Below are positions 52,129 to 60,497 of a stretch of DNA of 64,000 nucleotides, in pieces. Each line of letters starts with the position of its first letter. The first letter of the stretch is position 1. Both the position numbers and the translations under genes were made by a program. The notes beneath the pieces were generated by a model. It searched no databases, was not told the DNA's origin, and saw only the letters and a program-made list of their open reading frames with translations. The DNA lies in assembly GCA_041653535.1 (NCBI GenBank), contig JBAZFH010000002.1:173011-237010 (forward strand), in the 5' to 3' direction. The stretch comes from Patescibacteria group bacterium (lineage in GTDB: Bacteria > Patescibacteriota > Patescibacteriia > JACRDY01).

Positions 52129-53346
52129 ATGACAGAGTTTTTTTTCTCGGAAATAGAAAAATATAAATATCCGGATTTTCTGATTGATATTATCCAGGAT
52201 TCTTTGAATATTTTTCTTGGTAATATCGGTGAAGACAATCTTGCCGCCGTTGTCCTTCATGGTAGCACCGCGAAGGGTAAAATTACTATTATTGGTGATC
52301 AGCTCTACAGCGATGTGGAGTTTTTTGTCTTTGTTCGCCGTAGCGTTAGCGGCGCGGCAGCAGAAAAAATAAGAAACGATTTGGTGGCGATAAAAGAAAA
52401 GTACCATCAAAAAAACCGTTTTTTTCATGTCGACTTTATTATTAAGAAAAAGTGTTTAATGCGGTTTTATCAGAGAAACCTTTTGATCTATGAGCTGAAA
52501 AACGCCGGTAAGGTTTTGTACGGTGATCTGAATATTCTTTCTAATATCCCGAAGATCGATGAAAAAAACATTAATCTGAGAGCCGTCAACGATATTATGC
52601 TTATGCGCTTGAGGGTTTTCTTGAAAGATTTTAGTTTTAATCCTGGTGACAAAGAGGATTATTATGCGTTACTAAAAAATGTTTATCAGTATTTAATGGC
52701 GGTGGTTGTTTTTAATAAAGGGATTTTGTTACCTAGCGGTTATGACAGGTATAAATATGTCGAAGCGCACCACGAGGACTATTTATTTTTGGGGGACAGA
52801 TTTTTTTCCAATTATTATTTTTCCAGTCGGATGAAATTTCCGATGCACTTTGCGGAAAACGAGAGAAACGTGTCTTTTGATAAGGGGTATTTTGATTACG
52901 CCAAAGAAGTGGTGGGCGGCATGTTTTTAGTTCTGAGACTTTTACTTCAAAAAAACAATCTGTCCCAGTCAGAGATAAATGAGGAGAACGTTTTTTCTGT
53001 TTTAGACAGATCAGCCGATATTTTTAATGACAGCTGGTTCGATGTTTATAGTCTGGCTTGTCGGGTGCGCTATCTCAAGCAAGTTGTTTTATCGGGTAAG
53101 ATTTTTTCTCTATTTAAAGCTTTTAGACCGATAAAAAAGAAATTGGTTTTGGCGTATCTGGCGCTTTGTTTTGCTCTCAAAAAACAACTAAATGGCGAAT
53201 CACCAGATTTGTATTTGCAGTTGGCGGCAAAATATACCAAGCAACTCAGTTACGAAAATACAAAGTTTTCTCTGACAGGGGACTTTAAAAAAGATTTTTA
53301 TTTCCTTAAAGCGGAGCTGCTCACTATTTATCGAATTGTTTTTTAA
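52129..53346 (+). CDS. Nucleotidyltransferase-fold (pol-beta-like) domain protein, function unknown.
   Basis: VLHGSTAKGK...SDVEFFVFV resembles the minimal NTase motif hG[GS]...D.[DE]. The rest is an uncharacterised helical region. 405 aa. Confidence 0.45.
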   Translation: MTEFFFSEIEKYKYPDFLIDIIQDSLNIFLGNIGEDNLAAVVLHGSTAKGKITIIGDQLYSDVEFFVFVRRSVSGAAAEKIRNDLVAIKEKYHQKNRFFHVDFIIKKKCLMRFYQRNLLIYELKNAGKVLYGDLNILSNIPKIDEKNINLRAVNDIMLMRLRVFLKDFSFNPGDKEDYYALLKNVYQYLMAVVVFNKGILLPSGYDRYKYVEAHHEDYLFLGDRFFSNYYFSSRMKFPMHFAENERNVSFDKGYFDYAKEVVGGMFLVLRLLLQKNNLSQSEINEENVFSVLDRSADIFNDSWFDVYSLACRVRYLKQVVLSGKIFSLFKAFRPIKKKLVLAYLALCFALKKQLNGESPDLYLQLAAKYTKQLSYENTKFSLTGDFKKDFYFLKAELLTIYRIVF

Positions 53347-53347
53347 T

Positions 53348-54454
53348 ATGGCTAATCTGGTTATCTTCATCGACGGTTTTCCTTACGATCAGCTGGCGCA
53401 GACCGATTTTTTGAATAATCTCAAAAAAAGTCGTCGTATTCCCGGTATCGGCTATAGTTTTAATCTTTATTTGGAGATGTTTGCTGGACTAGTGCCAGAT
53501 CAAAGCGGTGTGTTTTGTGAGTTTGCTTTTGAGCCGCAACGGTTGCAAAATAAAACCGTTCGTATTTTAATGCCGGTTTTGAAAATTATTGATAAACTCG
53601 GTATCTTTTCTTCTCTTTTTAAACGTTTTGTCACAGGGTATTGTGGTTTTAAGTTTCACAACGTGCCGTTTGCCTACCGATATTTTTTCACCGACGCGGG
53701 AAAACAAATCCAACGTCCTGATCTGCGGGAAAAAACTATTTTTAAGAAAATAGAAAAGTTAAGTAATGGTAAAATTTTTGATCATAGCATTTGCTGCTAT
53801 ACCGACAAAGAAAGCGTGGGTCTTTTTTATCAAAATATTGACGCCGATAATCTTTTTATTCATTTCACCGAGCTGGATGGAGCCGGTCACGCCGGATTTT
53901 TGAGCGCCGAATATTTTGCTAAGCTAAAATGGCTTGATGATAAGCTGAAAAATATCTGGCAAAAATATCAAGAGCGGCATCCGGGAGCAAATCTTATTAT
54001 TTTGTCAGATCATGGTTTTTGCTCGGTTGAGAAATTTATCCGACCGGAGTTTGAAAGAATCGGCAGCTTAAAAGCCGGTAGAGATTATTTTTATTTTGTT
54101 GATACGACTATGGTTAAGTTTTGGTTTTTATCACAAGCGGCAAAAGAAGCGGTTTTGAAATATTTAAGCGGTTTGGATTTTGGCAGGGTTTTAAGTGAAC
54201 AAGAACGTTTGGCTTCAGGAATAGCAGACAAAAAGTTTGCTGACGAGATTTTTTTACTTCAGCCCGGCATTGCCTTTTTCCCTTCTTTTTACGGTGGAAT
54301 CATTAAGGTTAAAGGAGTACACGGTTACGGTCCGGAGTGTAGCGGACATCACGGAATATTTTTGTATAATACGCCAAGGCGGGTTGAAATTGCGCCTATC
54401 ATCAATAACAAAGAAACATATCAGTGCATTTTAGATATTTTAGATTTAAAATAA
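53348..54454 (+). CDS. Alkaline-phosphatase-superfamily enzyme (type I phosphodiesterase / nucleotide pyrophosphatase-like).
   Basis: LVIFIDGFPYD, HFTELDGAGH and ILSDHGF, the metal-ligand motifs of the NPP/phosphodiesterase family. ATG 53348 is 2 nt after the previous stop. Confidence 0.65.
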   Translation: MANLVIFIDGFPYDQLAQTDFLNNLKKSRRIPGIGYSFNLYLEMFAGLVPDQSGVFCEFAFEPQRLQNKTVRILMPVLKIIDKLGIFSSLFKRFVTGYCGFKFHNVPFAYRYFFTDAGKQIQRPDLREKTIFKKIEKLSNGKIFDHSICCYTDKESVGLFYQNIDADNLFIHFTELDGAGHAGFLSAEYFAKLKWLDDKLKNIWQKYQERHPGANLIILSDHGFCSVEKFIRPEFERIGSLKAGRDYFYFVDTTMVKFWFLSQAAKEAVLKYLSGLDFGRVLSEQERLASGIADKKFADEIFLLQPGIAFFPSFYGGIIKVKGVHGYGPECSGHHGIFLYNTPRRVEIAPIINNKETYQCILDILDLK

Positions 54455-54458
54455 TAAG

Positions 54459-57400
54459 ATGATTGTCTTGGAAAAAATAAAAAAGTATTGGCCGATTTTA
54501 TTTATTTTAGTTTTGGGTTCTTTGCCCTTGGTTTGGTTTAGAGATGGTCTGCTTATCGCCGGCGGCGACAATGATTGGTATCTTAACCCGGTAAAGCTTT
54601 TTCACGATGCCCTTTACACCTGGTCAGGGCTAAAAAGCGCTGGAGAAATAAATTTTTTGGTTTGTCATATTTTTCCATTGCCTGCTTTTTGGGCTTTATT
54701 AAAACTGGTCGGTTTGAGTTTGGTTAATATCCAGAGGCTATGGACTATTTTGATTTTCGTTACCCCGGCTCTATCGATTTATTATTTGGTTATCAGATAT
54801 TTTGGCGCAGACAAAAAGGAGGTTAAATATCAGCTCGTCGGACTGCTAGCCGCTATCCTCTATAGCTTCAATATGTTTTTGATTAATAGTCCGCTCAACT
54901 CCGTTGCTTCTCCGGTGCTGGCAATCATGCCGCTGATGCTTTGGTTCTTTATTTCGGCTTTGGAGCAAGAAAAATTTTCTTTCAAATATCCGGCGGCTAT
55001 TAGCGTGTTATCTATTTTCCTCTTTTTTTCGAACACCAATCTGGCGGAAGTTAGTATTATACCACTGGTCCTCGGTCTTTATTTGTTATTTTTTGTTGCT
55101 TTCAACTTTAAATTTTTTAAAATAGTTCATGCTTTCAAAGTAGTCGTGGCTAGTGTAGTCGCATATCTGGCGGTTAACTCCTGGTGGTTGCTGATAATAT
55201 CTTTTTCTTTTGTTGAAGCTGCTTCCAAAGCAGGAGAAATTGTAAAAAGTATCAGTTTTGTCGAACGTAGTTATTTGTTTGAAGTATTTAGATTGATGGG
55301 TTTTTGGGCTTTTAGGATCAAAACCGGCGCGGGGCTTTCAAACGTGCCGTACAGTGATTTGTATTATCAACCTTTACTTATAATCTTGACCTACCTAATT
55401 CCACTAGTGGTATTTTTCGCTTTAATTTTTCGACCGCGGGACAAGAAGATTATTTTTTTCTCCCTGATTTTTTTGCTGGGAATATTTTTAGCCAAGGGGA
55501 CCAATGAACCGTTTGGTGTCGTCTATGGTTTTTTGTTTGAAAAGATCCCTGGATTTTGGGTTTTTCGCAACCCTTACTCCAAATTTATGCCTTTGACGAT
55601 ATTTGGTTTTTCGATTTTGTATGGTTTATCTGCCGCCGATATATATTATGGAGCAAAAAAGTGGTTTGTAACCAAGATAAAAAACCGGCAAAGGGCGGTA
55701 GCGATGGCTTTGATTATCCTTGTGTTTTTGGGGTTACTGCCAATTGCGGCTGCCTGGCCAATACTGACCGGTAAATTTTTGTCCGATGCTTCCTGGTATG
55801 GTACACCTGAAAAATCAATGCATGTCCAAGTGCCGGACTACTGGCAGCAAGCAAACAAATGGTTTACAGAAAACGACCCTGAAGGTAGAGTTTTGCTTTT
55901 ACCCAAAGCAGGATATGGGCATTGTTATAAATGGTTGTCGGGAATATGCACCGGAGGATATGTTGCCAACTATCTTATACCAAATCCGATTATCAGCTAT
56001 CCCAATCTAAAAATAGATTCTCCGTACGATAACACGATTGATAGTCTTTTTTCTTACATTAAACCGCAGACCAGGGTTGATCTTGCCGAATTACTGGGTG
56101 TTTTTAATATTAAATATATCTTGCAGCAAGACGATTTACTGTGGCAAAGGGCGGGCACCGATTCTTATTCGCCGGAACAGATAAAAAATATTTTAGCGGA
56201 GCAGCCGGGGATAGAGTTTATAAAAAATTTTGGCAAGTTGAATCTTTATCAGATTAAAGGTGATTATTACGTGCAGAGAATTTTTGCCCCACGTAAAGTT
56301 AGTTATACGTCTAGCAAAGATCCCCTGGAGACAAGTCAGGCGGTTTTACTCAACAAAAAAAACGTGACGGAAGAGTCGATGTTCGAAATAAAAGATGGTT
56401 TGGATAGTTCAGACAAGGATTTGATAGCAACAAAAAGACTAGCCGATACTAACGGTTATAGTCTAGATATACCAGCGCAGGCAGAATATGATTTTTATTT
56501 GATTCAAAAACCAATCTCGCCGCAAGTTGTGGTCTGTGCCGGATGCCCGTCGGGTTTTGGTATTAGTCTTGGCGATGAATATTCGGGGAAACAATTATTT
56601 TTTACTAAAGCAATAAGTGGTGGAGTTTACTTTGATAATGACAAAAAGATTTCTTTGTCCTGGCGTCGGTCGATAAAGATTTATCCTTTAGACGTTAATG
56701 ATGTGGGTATTGATAGTCCGATAGTCGGTTGGAGTTTTATCCAAAATGTTGGGGCGGTAGATCTTTACGGGTCGCAGCTGTCGGAAAATTTTCCCGAAGA
56801 CTACAAAACGTCATCAGAAGCAAAAATATTTTTTGCCGGTTTCCGGGATGGACAGCAACTGGGCGAAGACTGGGGGGTCGAAATTTTTCCCGATTCTTTT
56901 GAAATAGGGACTATGAAGACCAGAAGGGTGGTGGTTAGTGTGCCAGCGGGAACTAGACCCGGGGAGGGCTATCGATTCGTTTATCTCAAAAAACCAAGCA
57001 TGCTTTCCGATTTAGATTTTGGGAGCAATGTCGGCACAAGCAGTGTTTTATCTGTCGGTTCTGCAAGTCTCGCTGCCGGCAATCATCGTGTTTTATTGAC
57101 CGGACTGACCAGCGAGGATTTGGATAAAATGACTTTTGTTGCCAAGAAAAAGGTGGTGGAAGGCGGAGTGGTGGTGCCAAAAATAACATTCAAAAAAATC
57201 AACCCGACAAAGTATAAAGTGATGGTTAGTGGAGCTGTAACCGATTTTTCTTTGGTTTTTTCTGAAAACTTTAATACTTTTTGGAGGGTTTATGTCTTTC
57301 CTCAAGTATTTTTAAGCCAAAGGGAACTTTCGGGCAAGCCTTTTTCGCCAGTGTCATCAAGCGGTCCGGTAGACGCTGATTTTGTAAGCGAGGAATATGG

Positions 57401-57677
57401 CGGATCCACGCAGAATAATAATCTTACGTCGCCTTTTTACAAGACATATTTTAGGTCTTCGCTTGGCGAGCACCAGCATTTTTTGGCCAATGGTTATGCT
57501 AATGGTTGGTGGATTAAGCGACCGGACTGCCTTGAACAAGGAGATAAGTGTCAGAATTTCGAAATCATTATTGAATTTTGGCCACAAAGGATTTATTATC
57601 TCGGTGGCTTGATTTCCGGTCTGTCATTTTGTTTGATATTGTTTTATTTGATCAAAAAAATACGGTCGAGGGAATAA
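54459..57677 (+). CDS. Very large polytopic membrane protein (putative GT-C-fold glycosyltransferase), paralogue of 35901-38342.
   Basis: 1072 aa. About 13 N-terminal TM helices, an extracytoplasmic domain of about 600 aa and a terminal EFWPQR-TM anchor. The conserved blocks are listed for the paralogue. Confidence 0.55.
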   Translation: MIVLEKIKKYWPILFILVLGSLPLVWFRDGLLIAGGDNDWYLNPVKLFHDALYTWSGLKSAGEINFLVCHIFPLPAFWALLKLVGLSLVNIQRLWTILIFVTPALSIYYLVIRYFGADKKEVKYQLVGLLAAILYSFNMFLINSPLNSVASPVLAIMPLMLWFFISALEQEKFSFKYPAAISVLSIFLFFSNTNLAEVSIIPLVLGLYLLFFVAFNFKFFKIVHAFKVVVASVVAYLAVNSWWLLIISFSFVEAASKAGEIVKSISFVERSYLFEVFRLMGFWAFRIKTGAGLSNVPYSDLYYQPLLIILTYLIPLVVFFALIFRPRDKKIIFFSLIFLLGIFLAKGTNEPFGVVYGFLFEKIPGFWVFRNPYSKFMPLTIFGFSILYGLSAADIYYGAKKWFVTKIKNRQRAVAMALIILVFLGLLPIAAAWPILTGKFLSDASWYGTPEKSMHVQVPDYWQQANKWFTENDPEGRVLLLPKAGYGHCYKWLSGICTGGYVANYLIPNPIISYPNLKIDSPYDNTIDSLFSYIKPQTRVDLAELLGVFNIKYILQQDDLLWQRAGTDSYSPEQIKNILAEQPGIEFIKNFGKLNLYQIKGDYYVQRIFAPRKVSYTSSKDPLETSQAVLLNKKNVTEESMFEIKDGLDSSDKDLIATKRLADTNGYSLDIPAQAEYDFYLIQKPISPQVVVCAGCPSGFGISLGDEYSGKQLFFTKAISGGVYFDNDKKISLSWRRSIKIYPLDVNDVGIDSPIVGWSFIQNVGAVDLYGSQLSENFPEDYKTSSEAKIFFAGFRDGQQLGEDWGVEIFPDSFEIGTMKTRRVVVSVPAGTRPGEGYRFVYLKKPSMLSDLDFGSNVGTSSVLSVGSASLAAGNHRVLLTGLTSEDLDKMTFVAKKKVVEGGVVVPKITFKKINPTKYKVMVSGAVTDFSLVFSENFNTFWRVYVFPQVFLSQRELSGKPFSPVSSSGPVDADFVSEEYGGSTQNNNLTSPFYKTYFRSSLGEHQHFLANGYANGWWIKRPDCLEQGDKCQNFEIIIEFWPQRIYYLGGLISGLSFCLILFYLIKKIRSRE

Positions 57678-57682
57678 AAATT

Positions 57683-59539
57683 ATGAAAAATAAAATTATT
57701 AAAATCATAAAAGCCATGTTTAGTTGGTGGTCGGCGGGAGAGCGGATAATATTTTTAGAGTACGCCGCACTGTCTATTTTTATATTATTGCCGATATTTA
57801 AACCCGGATATATTTTTGCTCTGGACTTTACCGCCGCTCCGCATTTTGATTTTCCATCCACAGTTTCTTTCGAGTACCCGTGGTTAGTTTTTTTGTGGTT
57901 ATTAAATCTGTTTATTCCGGCGGCAGTGATACAAAAGATAATTTGCTTCGCCATTCTGTTTTTAGCCGGCATCGGTGCACATTATTTTGTCGGAAAGTTT
58001 TCGTCGACTAAATGGTCAAAATATTTTGCCGGTTTGTTGTTTATCTTTAATCCGTTAGTTTATTCTCGTTTAGCTTATGGTCAGTTTCGTTTTTTGTTAG
58101 GGTACGCTCTATTGCCGTGGTTATTTTTAGCTGGCTTGCGGTTTTTGAAACAACCATTGATTAAAAAGACGTTTTATTTAGCGCTACTCCTAACGGTTTG
58201 CGGAGCAGTCAGTCTCCATATTTTGTTTATATTTTCTTTTGTTTTTATCGCGACGTGGCTGACTCGTTTTTTTCAATCAATTTATAACAGAAATTATTTG
58301 TTTGAATTTTTAAAACAAACCGTTTTTTTATTGCTATTATTTTTGTTTTTAAATAGTTATTGGTTATTACCGGTTTTTGTCAACCATTCTAGCGTCAACA
58401 ATGCTCTGTCATCTTTTGACCAGCGGGACGTCTTTGGTTTTCAGACCAATGCCGACTCTCGCTTTGGGGTTTTTGTTAACACAGCAGCGATGTATGGTTT
58501 TTGGGGTGACAGAGAGGGTCGTTATTTTTCTCAAAAAACAGTAGTCTCTTATTGGTTTGTTTTGTTTCTAGTGTTATTATTTTTTGTTTTTTGGGGCGTT
58601 GGTTTGTTGTTTTGGAAATTAATCAAGAAATATCATCAGTTCAGATTATTGACAAACCCGTCTGTTGCTCAGCTAAAAGATGAACGATTATCGGAAGATA
58701 TTTGGCTTGCCCTCCCAATATTTTTTTGTGCCGTTGTCGCTTTGTTTATGGCTGTCGGCGTGGCGCATCCATTTTCTGCGCTGATTTCTCAGTGGTTATA
58801 CCAAAACTTTTCTTTTTATAAAGGTTTTAGGGAGCCGCAAAAATGGGTAGTGGTCTTGATTTTAGCTTATACCTATTTTGCTTCATTTGGTGTTGATGAT
58901 TTGGTAAAGAAAGCCGCCCGCGGTCTTGAGTATTTGGCCAGGAGAGCCAATCAACTAAAAACAAAGAAACCGATTTTATTTTTATTGTCAGTTTTTAGAA
59001 AAGTTTTGCCCGTGATATTTCTGATCGTTCCTTTGTTCTACAGTCCGATATTATTGCTAGGGCTTGGTCGCCAGATGTGCGTTGGTTCTTATCCGGCCAG
59101 TTGGTACGAGTCTAACGAGCTGTTAAATTCTGATCAGGAAAATTTTCAGACGCTTTTTCTGCCATGGCACATGTATCTCAATCTGTCTTTTGCTTGTAAC
59201 AAGGTAGTAACAAATCCTGCCGCTGCCTTTTTTGATAAACCATTTATAGTCGGAGACAATATTGAATTTGGAAATATTTATAACCAAAATAATCGGGCTG
59301 ATTCAAAATATGTCGAAGAAAACATATTGCAAAACAAAGGGCGGTTTACTCAAAAAGACGGCGGGGGTTTAGGAGAAGTGTTGAATACGATAAACGTTAA
59401 GTATGTTGTTTGGGCAAAAGAGTCGGATTTTTTTAATTATGATTTTGTTAAATTGGCGCCGGACTTAGAATTGGTTTATGATAGAGACAGGATTCAAATT
59501 TATAAAAATTTAAAATGGCAAGATGAAAAAAATAGATAA
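57683..59539 (+). CDS. Large polytopic membrane protein related to the N-terminal TM region of the two giant paralogues.
   Basis: 618 aa from ATG 57683; the ORF-track 57578 start is an extension overlapping the upstream gene. Multiple TM helices with the FALDFTAAPHFDFP loop motif. Lacks the EFWPQR C-terminal anchor. Confidence 0.5.
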   Translation: MKNKIIKIIKAMFSWWSAGERIIFLEYAALSIFILLPIFKPGYIFALDFTAAPHFDFPSTVSFEYPWLVFLWLLNLFIPAAVIQKIICFAILFLAGIGAHYFVGKFSSTKWSKYFAGLLFIFNPLVYSRLAYGQFRFLLGYALLPWLFLAGLRFLKQPLIKKTFYLALLLTVCGAVSLHILFIFSFVFIATWLTRFFQSIYNRNYLFEFLKQTVFLLLLFLFLNSYWLLPVFVNHSSVNNALSSFDQRDVFGFQTNADSRFGVFVNTAAMYGFWGDREGRYFSQKTVVSYWFVLFLVLLFFVFWGVGLLFWKLIKKYHQFRLLTNPSVAQLKDERLSEDIWLALPIFFCAVVALFMAVGVAHPFSALISQWLYQNFSFYKGFREPQKWVVVLILAYTYFASFGVDDLVKKAARGLEYLARRANQLKTKKPILFLLSVFRKVLPVIFLIVPLFYSPILLLGLGRQMCVGSYPASWYESNELLNSDQENFQTLFLPWHMYLNLSFACNKVVTNPAAAFFDKPFIVGDNIEFGNIYNQNNRADSKYVEENILQNKGRFTQKDGGGLGEVLNTINVKYVVWAKESDFFNYDFVKLAPDLELVYDRDRIQIYKNLKWQDEKNR

Positions 59540-60350
59540 AGAAAAAATAATTTTTGGCGTCAAGCTGATAATTTTGCTGTTAGTTGTGATTTTTAGTTTG
59601 TATAAAGACATTACCATTGTTGGTTTGTTGGTTCTGGCTTTTTCGGCATATGTTATTTTGTGGCAACAAGAGATCGCTACTAGTTTTGTAGCTGGGATTT
59701 TGTTACTGATTGTCTCACAGGTTATAACCGTATTTCGTTCAGAGGTCAGTGCGCGGTCATTGGCTGGTTATGGCTTGGTATTAATTTTAGTATCTATTTT
59801 TACTTGGTTTTTTGTTTACTTCAAAGATAAGCTTAGATTTATTCTGAGAAGATTTATTTTTAGTAAGACAGAACCATTAGTTGCGGAAGGGATTGGTAAT
59901 TATAAAAAAGCAGTGGCGAGGTTGAAAGATTCTAATAAAGGGACAAATATGTCTTTTACCAAACGAATACAGCAGCGGTGGTCGTTGATAATAATGCTGC
60001 TTTTGAGTATTTGGAAGGGTAGCCGATTTTTTGTAGTCAAAATCGCCGCCATGATTTTGTTGTTTCTGATTATACTGGTTATGACAAGTTGGTCGATTCT
60101 AAATACTTTTATTTTATTGGTGATGTTTATAGGAATTTTATTCAACATTGATGCCCGACCGGTTTTTCTATTAGGTATAATTTTGTTAATAGGGATACCG
60201 ATATTTTTGATTTTGGGTAAAGAGGGGGTAAGCGCTGTTTTAGCAATTTACGCCTATCACGCCTTAATTATTGGTTTTATATGGGACTTGGCAGGTGCAA
60301 TAAGGATCAAATATCAGGGCGCGCGACCGATCTGTGCCAGGTTTGAGTAA
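59523..60350 (+). CDS. Polytopic membrane protein, hypothetical.
   Basis: 275 aa with at least 6 TM helices. Overlaps the upstream gene by 17 nt. No motif recognised. Confidence 0.5.
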   Translation: MKKIDKEKIIFGVKLIILLLVVIFSLYKDITIVGLLVLAFSAYVILWQQEIATSFVAGILLLIVSQVITVFRSEVSARSLAGYGLVLILVSIFTWFFVYFKDKLRFILRRFIFSKTEPLVAEGIGNYKKAVARLKDSNKGTNMSFTKRIQQRWSLIIMLLLSIWKGSRFFVVKIAAMILLFLIILVMTSWSILNTFILLVMFIGILFNIDARPVFLLGIILLIGIPIFLILGKEGVSAVLAIYAYHALIIGFIWDLAGAIRIKYQGARPICARFE

Positions 60351-60378
60351 TTGTGGATAACTGGCTTTTATTGAATTG

Positions 60379-60407
60379 TTGGCTTTTTCTATTTATTTTG
60401 GTATAAT
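60379..60407 (+). promoter_or_regulatory. Strong sigma-70-like promoter for the surface-protein gene.
   Basis: TTGGCT (60379-60384), 17-nt spacer, TATAAT (60402-60407), about 90 nt upstream of the ATG at 60498. Confidence 0.55.
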
Positions 60408-60497
60408 AATAACCAGTAAAAATATCTCTAATTTTAAACAAGTAGTTGGTTTTAAAATATTTAACTTAATATAAAGAAAAAAATAAAAAACCTTATT

